Virus record (IMG/VR): IMGVR_UViG_3300042898_006838
Span: 32,001-96,000 of that record
Length of the DNA stretch: 64,000 bases
Source: a virus
Reading direction: 5' to 3' (one strand)
Shown: one piece after another, positions 20,562 through 29,785 of the stretch
Position numbering within the stretch: the first letter of the stretch is position 1
Layout: each line of letters starts with the position of its first letter
Program-made: the position numbers and the translations under genes
The notes under the pieces: model-generated
Database searches by the model: none
What the model was told of the DNA's origin: nothing
What the model saw: the letters and a program-made list of their open reading frames with translations, nothing else

Positions 20562-20953
20562 GAAAAACTCCGCTGTTCGATGTACATGTTTCCGTCGCTT
20601 CCGAACGTGATCTTGGCCTTGGGATTGACCTCCGTGGCCGGCCAGAACTTCTCCCAATCCAGAGCCAGCTTGTAGACCACAACATCTCGACCATGGCTGC
20701 TCTTGCGCCTGGTCTTCTCGTAGCCGTGCTTCTCCAACACACCCCAGGTCTCCAGGCTCCTGAGTACGCCGCCAAACCACCGCTGGTCGCCAGCCACGTC
20801 CAGGCAGTCGCGGAGGTCGTCGACGCTGACATGCTGGTAGCGCATGGCGATGACGACGGCGGCAGCTCGCACCCCGTGCTTGCTGTCAGGCCTGGACCTG
20901 ACAACTGAGTCGATGATCTCTAGGAACTGTTCCGGGAATTTTTTATCTTGCAT
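20558..20953 (-). CDS. Hypothetical protein, possible winged-helix DNA-binding protein
   Basis: AAGGAG RBS; SVDDLR...FGGVLRSLETWGVLEK...VVVYKL has a wHTH-like pattern. Confidence 0.5.
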   Translation of the reverse strand: MQDKKFPEQFLEIIDSVVRSRPDSKHGVRAAAVVIAMRYQHVSVDDLRDCLDVAGDQRWFGGVLRSLETWGVLEKHGYEKTRRKSSHGRDVVVYKLALDWEKFWPATEVNPKAKITFGSDGNMYIEQRSFS

Positions 20954-21144
20954 AACTTATCGTTCTCCTTCTCCTGCGCCTTGGAGCGCTCGAAGGCCAC
21001 GATCACGTGGCCTGTGCATGAACCGCAGGCCTCCGTGTGCTGCCCGTGCAGCTGAAGGCAGGCAGTGTGGGTTATGTGACTCAAGGCCTTGCGTGGGCAC
21101 ACGACCATGCCCTGCCAGTACCTGATCTCGTCCGCGTCACTCAC
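20920..21144 (-). CDS. Small Cys-containing hypothetical protein
   Basis: GTGA coupling; C..C..CGSC. Confidence 0.5.
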   Translation of the reverse strand: MSDADEIRYWQGMVVCPRKALSHITHTACLQLHGQHTEACGSCTGHVIVAFERSKAQEKENDKLCKIKNSRNSS

Positions 21145-21431
21145 GGACTTTTTACTGGAGCCGGGCCGGCGGCGGCGACGATGGCGGCCGTCGACAGTGA
21201 CGACGGGATGTTGGGCATCCGCGCTACGCGGTCAATCTGTTCGTCAGCCAGGCCCATAGCCTTGAGACGGTCTCGCTCTTCCTTTGCCTCCAGGAGCGCG
21301 TACACGGCCATTCCCGCCGACTCCTGGAGCTGATGCTGAACCTTCTGCAGTTCCGTCAGCGCCTGCTCGTATGTCTTGATCCAGTTCACGAGCCGGTGAA
21401 GGCTCAGGGCTTTTTTCTCTTCCTCGTTCAC
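21141..21431 (-). CDS. Hypothetical coiled-coil protein
   Basis: GGAG 5 nt before a GTG; heptad-like LTELQKVQHQLQE. Confidence 0.55.
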   Translation of the reverse strand: MNEEEKKALSLHRLVNWIKTYEQALTELQKVQHQLQESAGMAVYALLEAKEERDRLKAMGLADEQIDRVARMPNIPSSLSTAAIVAAAGPAPVKSP

Positions 21432-21819
21432 ATTCACTCCACCACGCCTCAAGGGCGACTTTTGCTTGGTTGACGATTTCTTTCGCCTGATTTTTGACCC
21501 TGAGCTCATCAACACTCCGACATCCGCCAAGAGACAGTGACGCCGTCACCAACTGCTGCCTTCGGTCTCCACCGGACGTCGTTGCCAGCGCCAGGGCCCT
21601 GGCCACGGCCTCGGTGTCGATGACGCGAATGACTCTGTCCATGACCGTCAGCATCTGTTCTAGACTCGTGACCACGGGATCACCGGCCAGATGCTCGCTG
21701 ACGTAGTCCAGTACGGCTTTGACGTCTCGACAGTAGACCGTCGATACGCCGTCGACCTTGATCTCGAACCCTGGGATCAAGGGCGTGAGCAAGAATCGTC
21801 CCGCCGCATCGAGCTTCAC
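21244..21819 (-). CDS. Hypothetical protein (3' end overlaps the next gene)
   Basis: GTGA coupling to the upstream gene; protein-like for about 125 aa. Confidence 0.55.
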   Translation of the reverse strand: MKLDAAGRFLLTPLIPGFEIKVDGVSTVYCRDVKAVLDYVSEHLAGDPVVTSLEQMLTVMDRVIRVIDTEAVARALALATTSGGDRRQQLVTASLSLGGCRSVDELRVKNQAKEIVNQAKVALEAWWSECERGREKSPEPSPARELDQDIRAGADGTAEGSASAPGVGGNGRVRAPGGKGRARPSQGYGPG

Positions 21820-22214
21820 GACGGCAGGACCTTGATGCCCGTCTTCGAGAACTTTACCCTGGCCTTGTCGCCGGGCTTCTTGCCCATGATGCCAAGTGGC
21901 AGCCCCACTCGTCCGTTGACGCCGACGATGTAGACGCGGGTCTCGCCTTCATCTGGTGGCGTCACCGGGCCACCGACGTGCCCTTGCCGCTTCTGGGCTG
22001 CGAGATCCAGCAGTGACTTGTCGATGTCTCGGTAGCCGTGCTCTTTCAACACAGCCACGATGCGGCTGGCGCGGATCGCGTCCAGTCGTTCACCGATCTC
22101 GGCCTTGACGGCATCAAAGCCCTCGCCCTGAATCCTCAGCGCCAACTGTCGGTTGTCCAGGTAGACTGCTCTGGATTTCTTGCGAGACCTTGACTCTGTC
22201 ATCAGTGACCCCAT
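21816..22214 (-). CDS. Putative AbrB/MazE/SpoVT-family DNA-binding protein
   Basis: C-terminal VGVNGRVGLPLGIMGKKPGDKARVKF matches the swapped-hairpin pattern. Confidence 0.6.
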   Translation of the reverse strand: MGSLMTESRSRKKSRAVYLDNRQLALRIQGEGFDAVKAEIGERLDAIRASRIVAVLKEHGYRDIDKSLLDLAAQKRQGHVGGPVTPPDEGETRVYIVGVNGRVGLPLGIMGKKPGDKARVKFSKTGIKVLPS

Positions 22215-22244
22215 TTGACTTAATCACTTGTGTCATAGCACAGT

Positions 22245-22664
22245 TCAGACATCAACATCAGAGTTGACGTCAAGGGTCCCGGCCTGAGAGAAGACACGGC
22301 GAGAGCTGTCGCTGGCTCGAAACGCGAGCTTTACCTTCTCCGGCGCTTCGTAGTTGGTTTGTGTCTGAGGGTTCCACCGCTGGCCGCTGGGAGTGACGTG
22401 AGGTTTGAAGGTTCCGATCTTGCCCATACGCACGCGTCCGCCAGCGAGTACGATGTACGAAATCTGATCGGCGATACCGAAGACGATGTCCTTCACGGCC
22501 TGGCGACTGAGCTCGGCACCCAGCACGGGCACGAACACGGTCTTGTTGAGATGGTCGTAGAACTCGTCCTGACGAACGACTCGATCGCGAATGCTGTCCC
22601 TGATCTTCTTGGCCAGGGTCGACTTGGAGATGGCTCGCTTGTCTACCGTCATCTCGTCTGTCAT
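22245..22664 (-). CDS. HU/IHF-family histone-like DNA-binding protein
   Basis: GGRVRMGKIGTF...WNPQT...APEKVKLAFRAS matches the HU arm signature. Confidence 0.85.
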   Translation of the reverse strand: MTDEMTVDKRAISKSTLAKKIRDSIRDRVVRQDEFYDHLNKTVFVPVLGAELSRQAVKDIVFGIADQISYIVLAGGRVRMGKIGTFKPHVTPSGQRWNPQTQTNYEAPEKVKLAFRASDSSRRVFSQAGTLDVNSDVDV

Positions 22665-22665
22665 T

Positions 22666-22696
22666 CCGTTATACCTCGCAAGACTCTGGTTTTCAC
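22666..22696 (-). promoter_or_regulatory. Island promoter-like motif, copy 1 (GTGAAA-N17-TATAACGG)
   Basis: Matches the copies at 29737, 39304 and 59957; upstream of the HU gene. Confidence 0.6.
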
Positions 22697-22738
22697 GGCC
22701 TCAGAGCGCGTAGAATCACTACGACCAAGGAGCAGACT

Positions 22739-23446
22739 ATGAACCCGTTGCTGAAGACACTGCGAACCAAGACGGCGGGGGTCTGGGCTCTTCCGGCCGA
22801 GCGCCGATTCCCCATCGACACAGTTGACCTCGTCAAGACCGCGGCTGTCGCCTTCGAGGGCCAGCTGGAGAACATGGATCCGGCCCAGCGCCTGGTCTGT
22901 GCGCGTCGCGTCTGTGATCGTGCCGCTGAGCTGGGTGTACACGTCGAATCGTCCCTCGCCTACAAGTACGCCAGCGCCAATCTCAGCCCCTTCTTCGCTC
23001 AGTTCCTGGCTCTACGCAAGGAGGCCAGCTGCCACCTTGCTGACCGTGAGTTGGACATGCTGGCCGCCACGGCGGAGAAGCTGTCCTCGATCAAGGACGT
23101 TAACGCTCGCGTCGTCGGCCTCGACAAGGTGGCTGTGGCCCTTGAGAACTTTGACCGCGGTCACGGCCTTGAGGGGCACTGGGACAACTTCTTCCCAGAC
23201 CCGGCGTACAGCGTCTACGGACAGACCTTGGACCGCGGCGAGCGGATGGTCTTGGCCGTGAAGGTTGCCGGCCACGAGATCGACGGACAGATGCTGGAGT
23301 CGGCGGACTGGGAGGGGCTGAGAGGTCGCCTCGATGACTCAGTCATCGACGGCCTGCGTGATGCCGGCGCTGACCAACTCGCGGTCTTCGACAGCCTCCC
23401 GGCTCCGCACAAGGACATCATCGTCCAGGCCCTGGTGTCGGCATGA
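22739..23446 (+). CDS. Hypothetical head-cluster protein with KxA motifs
   Basis: AAGGAG RBS; TKTAG, VKTAA, RKEAS, VKVAG. Confidence 0.7.
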   Translation: MNPLLKTLRTKTAGVWALPAERRFPIDTVDLVKTAAVAFEGQLENMDPAQRLVCARRVCDRAAELGVHVESSLAYKYASANLSPFFAQFLALRKEASCHLADRELDMLAATAEKLSSIKDVNARVVGLDKVAVALENFDRGHGLEGHWDNFFPDPAYSVYGQTLDRGERMVLAVKVAGHEIDGQMLESADWEGLRGRLDDSVIDGLRDAGADQLAVFDSLPAPHKDIIVQALVSA

Positions 23447-24735
23447 GCGTGGTCAACGACGGTCACAAGGACAGCGGCGGCGGGTCAATGGCTGACGCCG
23501 TCTTCGAGGGAATGTGGAAGGGGGCCAGCCGGCCGTCACGAGCCGTCGTTGGCCCGCTTGCGGAGTGGGATGGCCAGGACCCGATCGTGACCAAAACTGC
23601 TCGTGTGCTCAGCGAGAACAGGAGCTTTGAGTCCACAGCCGGCCCCGGTGCCGCCCGCAATGCCAACAGCGGACCAGATCCGTCTGAGAGCTACAGCGCC
23701 ACGGTCGGAGCCACGGCTTCGGAGGCCAAGACTCCGCCGCCAGCGGACCAGAAGAAGCCTGTCGACAGCGGTCCGGCGAAGGGGGTCAAAGGCCCGGCTG
23801 CCTCTGGTCAGATTCAAGACGGCGGCCAGGGGCAGCGAAGCGATGTCTCGTCCAACGTCAAGTCGCGGCTGCAGTCGATGCTTCGCGTCAAGGAGACGGC
23901 ACCAATCCCCCGTGATCTCGTGCCCGCCGGGGCCATGGACAGCGACTACGAAAAGGTCGGATCAGCCCTGCCCGTGGAATGGCTTGAGCAGGCCGGAGAC
24001 GACGTCAGTGAACTGGCTGTCAACGAGCGATTGGCATATGCCGCTGTCCCAGGCGACGGTGGATGGCTGCGTGACGTCGCCGCCGATATCCTGGTCAAGG
24101 AGGCAAGCTCCGACGGCGAGTACCTGGTTCGCGATGACGTCCACCCGCTGAAGATCGTGGCCGTCCTCGACGACCTACTGGGCAGTGAGTGGCGGGAGTG
24201 GGAGCCGGAAACGATCAAGGCCTCACTGGCCAAGGAGGCGGGGACGGAGCCAGGCGACGGGGTTATGGACAAGATCATGGCCGTGAAGCTGGCGCTCTTC
24301 CGCCCCGAACTCTTCTACGGCCGGTGGCAAGCCTTCGAGAAGATGGCTGTGGCTTTCAACGACCGGCGCCCGGAGATGACGGACACCGAGCGGCTGAGTG
24401 CCGATGAGATGGCCAACGCCGTCGCCATCGCCCAGAAGCTGGCTGGCGAGGGGGACTTCACACCCGAGGTCGCCGCCTACGTCGCCACGCACCTCTTCGA
24501 CGAGGGCCTGGTCGTGGCGCCTCCGCAGCTGCTGTTTGCCGACGCCAAACTTGCAACCCTGGTCCGCGACCAGGGCCTGCGCCGCAAGGTCGTCCTGGCC
24601 TACGAGTCGGCGTTGAAGAACATGCCGTCGGACGAGAGCGAGGATCCAATTGAGATTCAGGCTCGCCGCATGGTGCGCACACACCTCTACGTCATGGACC
24701 GATTCGATCAGGGTCGAGAGCAGCTTGGATCATGA
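23443..24735 (+). CDS. Hypothetical head-cluster protein
   Basis: ATGA coupling; disordered N terminus, helical C-terminal domain after VKEAS. Confidence 0.7.
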   Translation: MSVVNDGHKDSGGGSMADAVFEGMWKGASRPSRAVVGPLAEWDGQDPIVTKTARVLSENRSFESTAGPGAARNANSGPDPSESYSATVGATASEAKTPPPADQKKPVDSGPAKGVKGPAASGQIQDGGQGQRSDVSSNVKSRLQSMLRVKETAPIPRDLVPAGAMDSDYEKVGSALPVEWLEQAGDDVSELAVNERLAYAAVPGDGGWLRDVAADILVKEASSDGEYLVRDDVHPLKIVAVLDDLLGSEWREWEPETIKASLAKEAGTEPGDGVMDKIMAVKLALFRPELFYGRWQAFEKMAVAFNDRRPEMTDTERLSADEMANAVAIAQKLAGEGDFTPEVAAYVATHLFDEGLVVAPPQLLFADAKLATLVRDQGLRRKVVLAYESALKNMPSDESEDPIEIQARRMVRTHLYVMDRFDQGREQLGS

Positions 24736-24995
24736 ACAGGTACCCGGCGCGGCAAGAACAGTGTGACCGAGAAGGCTGCCGTCCCGCGAGGCTGAGACCG
24801 GGAGCGACGGTGCGCGTGCAAGGAGTTGTCAACGGAGTCATCGGCCCGTTGGTCGAGGGACGCGTGTTGATCTCCAAGGCCAGCGATCTGGCCCCGGAAG
24901 TTGATGCGGTACTTGTGGCAACAAGAGAGTACGGTCGGCGTTGGTTTCACACCCGAGGCCACCCATTCCGAGTCGTTGAGGAGATCTGCGCATGA
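24732..24995 (+). CDS. Small hypothetical protein
   Basis: ATGA overlaps at both ends. Confidence 0.5.
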   Translation: MNRYPARQEQCDREGCRPARLRPGATVRVQGVVNGVIGPLVEGRVLISKASDLAPEVDAVLVATREYGRRWFHTRGHPFRVVEEICA

Positions 24996-27178
24996 CCAGC
25001 GAGAACGTGGCGCTTGAACGCCATACTTACGACGACCCGTTCCTGGACATGGCCTCGACGAAGCTGCCGAAGAGCTTCAAGAAGCTCATGGAGCTCTGCC
25101 AGATCTTCGCGCTCACGCACCCGCAGATCAGCCCCATCATCCAGCGCCTGGCCGAGTATCCGATCACCAGCCTCGTCTACAAAGGCGACCGTGAGAGTGA
25201 GCGTGTCCACAAGGACATCTTCGAGGTCAAGCTCCGGATCATGGAGAAGATGATCGAGTGGGGCCTGGACTACCACGCCTACGGAAACTGCTTCATCAGC
25301 ATCAGCTTCCCGTTCCTGCGCATGTACCGATGCCAGACCTGCAAGACCATCTACCAGAGCCGTGAGGTCAACTACCAGTACATCGGCGGCCGATTCCAGG
25401 GTCGATGCCGAAGCTGCGGCGGAGACCGAGAGTTCGATGCCATGGACCAGTACGTCAAGGACGCCAGCGGCATCAACCTCTTCCGCTTCGAGCCGCAGCT
25501 GATGACGCCGAAGTTCAACCGTGTCACCGGCCGCTACTTCTACTACTACGACATGCCTCCGGACCTGGTACGCAGCGTCGAGATCGGTGACAAGGACATC
25601 ATCGACAGCACGCCCGTCGAGTACCTGCGGTGCGTGAAGCTCAAGCGCAAGATGAAGCTCAAGCGCGTCTTCCACTTCAAGCGCCCGACACTCAGCGGCC
25701 GCGACATGCAGTGGGGTTTTCCGCTGGTGCTGCCAGCGCTGAAGGATGCCTACCTCAACCAGATCTACAAGAAGGCCGACGAGGCTATTGCCCTCGAACA
25801 CAGCGTGCCCCTGCGCGTGATCTTCCCGCAGCCGCAGACCAAAGACCCAATGCAGATGCTGGCGCTGGGCAACTTCAAGAACTTCATGGCCAAGAACATC
25901 AGGTACTGGCGCCAGGACAAGAACGCGATCATCACCGCGCCCATGCCCATCGGCAGCATGAACATCGGCGGCGACGCCCAGGCCTACAGCACCATCCAGG
26001 CGCGGGTGAAGGTCGTCGACGAGATCATCGGCGCGTGCATGGTCACCCGTGGCTTCGTGCTCGGCGGTGAGAACTGGTCAAGCGCCAGCATCAGCCAGCG
26101 GGTCATGGAGAACAGCTTCATGAACTACCTGCGTCGCATGGACGCCTGTCTGCAGTGGGTTCGTGACGAGGTTGGCGCGTACATGGGCCTGCCGCCGTGC
26201 GCCGTGTCGATGAAGCCATTCAAGAAGGTCGACGACGTGCAGATGCTGCAGCTGATAGTCGGCCTGGCCCAGCAGAAGCGTGTCAGCTGGCAGGAGACGC
26301 TTGGGCGACTGGACCTGGATAGCCGGGACGAGCTCGACGTCATCGAGAAGGAGGCCGTGCGCTACACCGAGCTCATGGTCCAGGAACTCATCGGCCAGAA
26401 CGAGGCCAGCTCCAAGGCTCTCGTGGCCCAGACCGTGGCCCAGGACCAGGCGGCTGGCGTTCAGGAGGTCCTGCAGGCCCAGGCCATGCGAGGTCAGGCC
26501 GTTGGTGCCGATGCCGCTGGGCAGATGAGCAAGGCCCAGTTCGAGGCTCAGCAGGCGGAGGTGGCAGCCAACACGCCGCCAGACCCGGCGTCGGCGGCAG
26601 CATCGGCTGAGGCCGAGAAGGACCAGGCCGTGGCCGAGAACTTCCGCGTCCGCAGTCAGCAGATGAGCGGGCAGCAGCCGGAGCAGCCGCAGGAGCAGAT
26701 GGTGGACGTGAACATGCAGCGTCAGATCCAGATGTGGGCCGGCGAGCTGCTGTCGATGTCCGGCGACGAGAAGCGTAAGCAGCTGCAGTACATGCACGAG
26801 CAGAACCCGGAGATCGCCCAGGCCGTGGTGGAGGTGGCCAGGGAGATGGAGCAGAGCGGTGGCGGTCAGCAGACCGCCGGTCCCGGTCCAGCTATCAGCA
26901 GGAGCCAGGACGCCAAGTCCATGACCGACGCCATCATGTCCCAGGTCAAGAGCCCAGATGAACTCGCTCAGCGCCTGTCCATGATCGATGCCCGGCAACA
27001 GTCAGCCGTGCTCCAGGAGATCCAACGCCGAAACCCTCAGCTCTTCATCAAGGTCATGCAGTTGATGAACGCCGAACGAGCCAAGGGGATGGAGTCCGGA
27101 GCCGGCCGTGGTAACGTGCCAGACAGCAAACCGCTTCCAGAACAGAAACCGCCGCAGCGCGAGGAGTCACCGGTATGA
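24992..27178 (+). CDS. Portal protein (putative) with a CxxC..CxxC insertion and a Gln-rich C-terminal extension
   Basis: DYHAYGNCFI, VFHFKRP, WGFPLV..AL are portal-like motifs; size and context fit. Confidence 0.75.
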   Translation: MTSENVALERHTYDDPFLDMASTKLPKSFKKLMELCQIFALTHPQISPIIQRLAEYPITSLVYKGDRESERVHKDIFEVKLRIMEKMIEWGLDYHAYGNCFISISFPFLRMYRCQTCKTIYQSREVNYQYIGGRFQGRCRSCGGDREFDAMDQYVKDASGINLFRFEPQLMTPKFNRVTGRYFYYYDMPPDLVRSVEIGDKDIIDSTPVEYLRCVKLKRKMKLKRVFHFKRPTLSGRDMQWGFPLVLPALKDAYLNQIYKKADEAIALEHSVPLRVIFPQPQTKDPMQMLALGNFKNFMAKNIRYWRQDKNAIITAPMPIGSMNIGGDAQAYSTIQARVKVVDEIIGACMVTRGFVLGGENWSSASISQRVMENSFMNYLRRMDACLQWVRDEVGAYMGLPPCAVSMKPFKKVDDVQMLQLIVGLAQQKRVSWQETLGRLDLDSRDELDVIEKEAVRYTELMVQELIGQNEASSKALVAQTVAQDQAAGVQEVLQAQAMRGQAVGADAAGQMSKAQFEAQQAEVAANTPPDPASAAASAEAEKDQAVAENFRVRSQQMSGQQPEQPQEQMVDVNMQRQIQMWAGELLSMSGDEKRKQLQYMHEQNPEIAQAVVEVAREMEQSGGGQQTAGPGPAISRSQDAKSMTDAIMSQVKSPDELAQRLSMIDARQQSAVLQEIQRRNPQLFIKVMQLMNAERAKGMESGAGRGNVPDSKPLPEQKPPQREESPV

Positions 27179-28506
27179 GCCAGGAAATTGACGACATGTT
27201 TTCGTCGGATCTCAAGGATCTGGCCAACCCGAGCCGCGTGAAGCTTGCTGAGGCCGAGAAGACAGCGCTCGTCGGCCCGCTGCTGGAACTCGGAAACCTC
27301 GGCATTCCCAGCGGCATCGGCTACGCCGTCGGCGCCAACAAGACGCCGGTAAGCAAGGACGAGGCCCGTCGTCAGCTCGACAGCGGATACAGCGTTGGCA
27401 AAGGTCTCCTCGTACCCGGCTACACCGGCTACCGCGCCGGCAAGAACAGCGCGGCCCGCGAGATGCTGCGCGCGGCCGAGAGCAAGAAGAAGAAGGGCAA
27501 GAAGGAAGCGGCTCTGAGCCCGGAGATGGCCTTCAACGCCGGCCGCGTGAAGGGCGCTCAGGACCCGAGCCGACCAGGCGCCGAGATGCCCGAGAACCTC
27601 AAAGCCGTCGAGCGCATGCGCCCGAACAAGCAGTCGCCGCTGACGGACAAGATCGAAGCCGCGAAGAAGCAGGCGAGCTGGCAGCAGCCTGCTGGACGTC
27701 GTGACACCTTGGGACGAGGAAGCCGAACCGGCGACCTCGGCAAAACCATCGGCAAGCTGATGAAGACGACGAGGAGCAAGGAGGCTTCGGCCGACGATCT
27801 CTTTGCCGCCGAGCTCTGCCAGGCCGTGGGCCTGGACGTGCCTGAGGCCTACGTCGACTTCCAGCGCCCGCAGGTCAAGATCGCGGGCAGTGCCAGCGAT
27901 GCCATCGACAACCACTTCCGCGGCTGGATGGAGAAGAAGGCCGGCGAGGATGTGGTCAAGGTCGCCAGCGATGACGAGGACAAGGACGAAGAGTCCGAGT
28001 GCTCCATGGACCACAGCAAGCTCAAGACCGGCACCAAGTGCAAGAAGTGCGGCGAGATGTGCAAGGAATCCTCGGTCAAGGAGGCCTTGAGCAGAGGGTT
28101 TATTGAAGCCATGCTCAAAGGCAAGAAAATCGTCGGCAAGGGAGGACGAACAGCTTCCCAGCGCCTGATGCGTGCCTCCGACAGAGGTCAAAGCGCCTTC
28201 AGCCGCAGAGTCGGCGCCGACGCCCCCAAGCGAATGACGAATTCAGCCCTTGAGCTGCAAAGTCAGGCTGACGGACAGCTCAACAACATCGGACGCGACA
28301 TCGCCGCCGGCACGTCGAAGACCTCCAGCGTCAAGACGGCGATGTGTGGCGCCGAACACAAGAAGCTCAAGCCCGGCGCCAAGTGCGAGAAGTGCGGCGA
28401 GATGGCGAAAACCGCCGGCATCATCGAGCACGACGAGAACCTGGACCTGCTGGCCAAGATCAGGGCCCGGGCCGCGCAGGGCCTGGGGCTGAACGGCGAT
28501 GGCTGA
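27175..28506 (+). CDS. KxA-punctuated putative internal-head polyprotein with two zinc-knuckle repeats
   Basis: EKTA, KKEAA, KKQAS, SKEAS, VKIAG, EKKAG, VKVAS, VKEA, VKTA, AKTAG; C-x3-H-x8-C-x2-C twice. Confidence 0.7.
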   Translation: MSQEIDDMFSSDLKDLANPSRVKLAEAEKTALVGPLLELGNLGIPSGIGYAVGANKTPVSKDEARRQLDSGYSVGKGLLVPGYTGYRAGKNSAAREMLRAAESKKKKGKKEAALSPEMAFNAGRVKGAQDPSRPGAEMPENLKAVERMRPNKQSPLTDKIEAAKKQASWQQPAGRRDTLGRGSRTGDLGKTIGKLMKTTRSKEASADDLFAAELCQAVGLDVPEAYVDFQRPQVKIAGSASDAIDNHFRGWMEKKAGEDVVKVASDDEDKDEESECSMDHSKLKTGTKCKKCGEMCKESSVKEALSRGFIEAMLKGKKIVGKGGRTASQRLMRASDRGQSAFSRRVGADAPKRMTNSALELQSQADGQLNNIGRDIAAGTSKTSSVKTAMCGAEHKKLKPGAKCEKCGEMAKTAGIIEHDENLDLLAKIRARAAQGLGLNGDG

Positions 28507-28711
28507 CACCTTCCACGTCCGCGTCTTCTGCCTCACGCACCCCAGCGACAGGCAGGACTTCGAGGAGATCAGGCAGGACGTGGAGGTCGACGGCGGTCGC
28601 CGGTTTCGTGTGCTCAAGGAGACCAGCTCCTGGACCCGCGACGGCGACCTGATGATGGCCCTGGAGTACGTGGAGCTCGACGACAAGGCCGTAGCCGAAG
28701 AACGCTACTGA
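28499..28711 (+). CDS. Small hypothetical protein
   Basis: Overlaps the upstream stop; typical codon usage. Confidence 0.65.
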   Translation: MADTFHVRVFCLTHPSDRQDFEEIRQDVEVDGGRRFRVLKETSSWTRDGDLMMALEYVELDDKAVAEERY

Positions 28712-28719
28712 CCTCGGCT

Positions 28720-28754
28720 AAAAAAAACGGGGACCCGGTGGTCGGGTCCCCGTT
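28720..28754 (-). terminator. Intrinsic terminator ending island 2
   Basis: AACGGGGACCCG-accac-CGGGTCCCCG followed by T8 on the minus strand. Confidence 0.85.
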
Positions 28755-28758
28755 GTCG

Positions 28759-28806
28759 TCAGCGCCCGCGGATGCCGGCGATGGCTTCGTCTTGTTGGCT
28801 GTTCAC
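28759..28806 (-). CDS. Possible 15-aa micro-ORF (MNSQQDEAIAGIRGR)
   Basis: AAGGAG 7 nt before a GTG; ends just before the terminator. Confidence 0.35.
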   Translation of the reverse strand: MNSQQDEAIAGIRGR

Positions 28807-28843
28807 GGTCACTCTCCTTCCCCTGTAAATCAAATGCCTCCGG

Positions 28844-28875
28844 CCTCCCCCACCCAGTGGCCCGGGTGGGGGAGG
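28844..28875. other. Perfect 12-bp GC hairpin
   Basis: CCTCCCCCACCC-agtggccc-GGGTGGGGGAGG. Confidence 0.7.
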
Positions 28876-28888
28876 AGAGTCGTCGTCT

Positions 28889-29653
28889 TCAGCTCAGAGG
28901 CGGCGTCGCGCGCTTGGCCTGCTCGGACATGGCCTTGGCAATGGCCTCTGACATCATGCTGATCTGCTCCTCGCGGCTGTACTGGCCCTTGAGATCCTCA
29001 AGGGTTCCGACCACGCGGTCGACCATGAGGAGCTTGCTGCTGCCGCTGTCGTAGCCGCGCTTGCGCAGGTCGGCGAGGTCGCCGCGGGCGTGGAGCTCAC
29101 GCGACAGGTTCGCCTTCGCCTCCTTGCGCATGTCCTTCTCTGCTCGTCCGGCCAGGAACACGACCACAGCCTCGTAAGCCGCCAGGTACGCGCCAGCCGC
29201 CGTGGCCAACGCGTCCTTCTTGCCGCTGCCGACGATGTCCTCGGCGTCAGCGGTGGCCATGGCCGCGGTGATGAGCCCGGCCTCGCGCTGGGCCACGACC
29301 GACATCATCGCCGACCAGACGTCGTCAGGCAGCCCCTCGGGACCGGCGCGGCGCTTGCCGTCGACGATCTTGGCCTTGAAGTCGGCCGTCGCCCGGGCCA
29401 GCATCTCAGCGCCGTTCAGGTGGCGGTCGGCAAAGCTCAGGACCTCCTGCCGCATCTCCATCAGCTCCCCGGCGCGAGGGTGGCGGCCGACGAAGGTTTC
29501 GGGCTTGCTGGCCCGGACCTTGTCGACGGCGTCGACGCGGTACGACGGCATGGCGCCGTCGACGGCGCGGTCGAAACGGCGCTTGGCCTTGGACTTGGAA
29601 TCGGTACCGATGATTTTGGCGCCGACGTGCTTGATCTTCTTGAACATACCCAT
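28889..29653 (-). CDS. Hypothetical protein (island 2)
   Basis: AAGGAG RBS before MGMFKKIK; helical 254 aa. Confidence 0.75.
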   Translation of the reverse strand: MGMFKKIKHVGAKIIGTDSKSKAKRRFDRAVDGAMPSYRVDAVDKVRASKPETFVGRHPRAGELMEMRQEVLSFADRHLNGAEMLARATADFKAKIVDGKRRAGPEGLPDDVWSAMMSVVAQREAGLITAAMATADAEDIVGSGKKDALATAAGAYLAAYEAVVVFLAGRAEKDMRKEAKANLSRELHARGDLADLRKRGYDSGSSKLLMVDRVVGTLEDLKGQYSREEQISMMSEAIAKAMSEQAKRATPPLS

Positions 29654-29736
29654 GACTGACTCCTTGACAGGCCCTGGGGTGTTAACCCTGGGCGGTGGAT
29701 GAGAGTGAGAACAGACCACCTGTTTCTCTCTCACCT

Positions 29737-29768
29737 CTGTTATGCCCGTGTCCTGACGCGATTTTCAC
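29737..29768 (-). promoter_or_regulatory. Island promoter-like motif, copy 2 (GTGAAAATCGC-N7-CACGGGCATAACAG)
   Basis: Nearly identical to the copy at 59957-59988. Confidence 0.7.
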
Positions 29769-29785
29769 GATAGGATGAGGTCGAC

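Noticed and set aside
21244-21431. ~190-nt overlap of two same-strand ORFs, suggesting recoding
   Set aside because: The overlapping tail of the upstream ORF looks like low-complexity read-through after a lost stop; no convincing shift site was established.
29705-29719. 15-nt exact match (GTGAGAACAGACCAC) to the start of the hub gene at 1185-1199, in antisense relation to its mRNA
   Set aside because: A few 15-mer matches are expected by chance across both strands of 64 kb, and this segment already pairs within a local leader hairpin.
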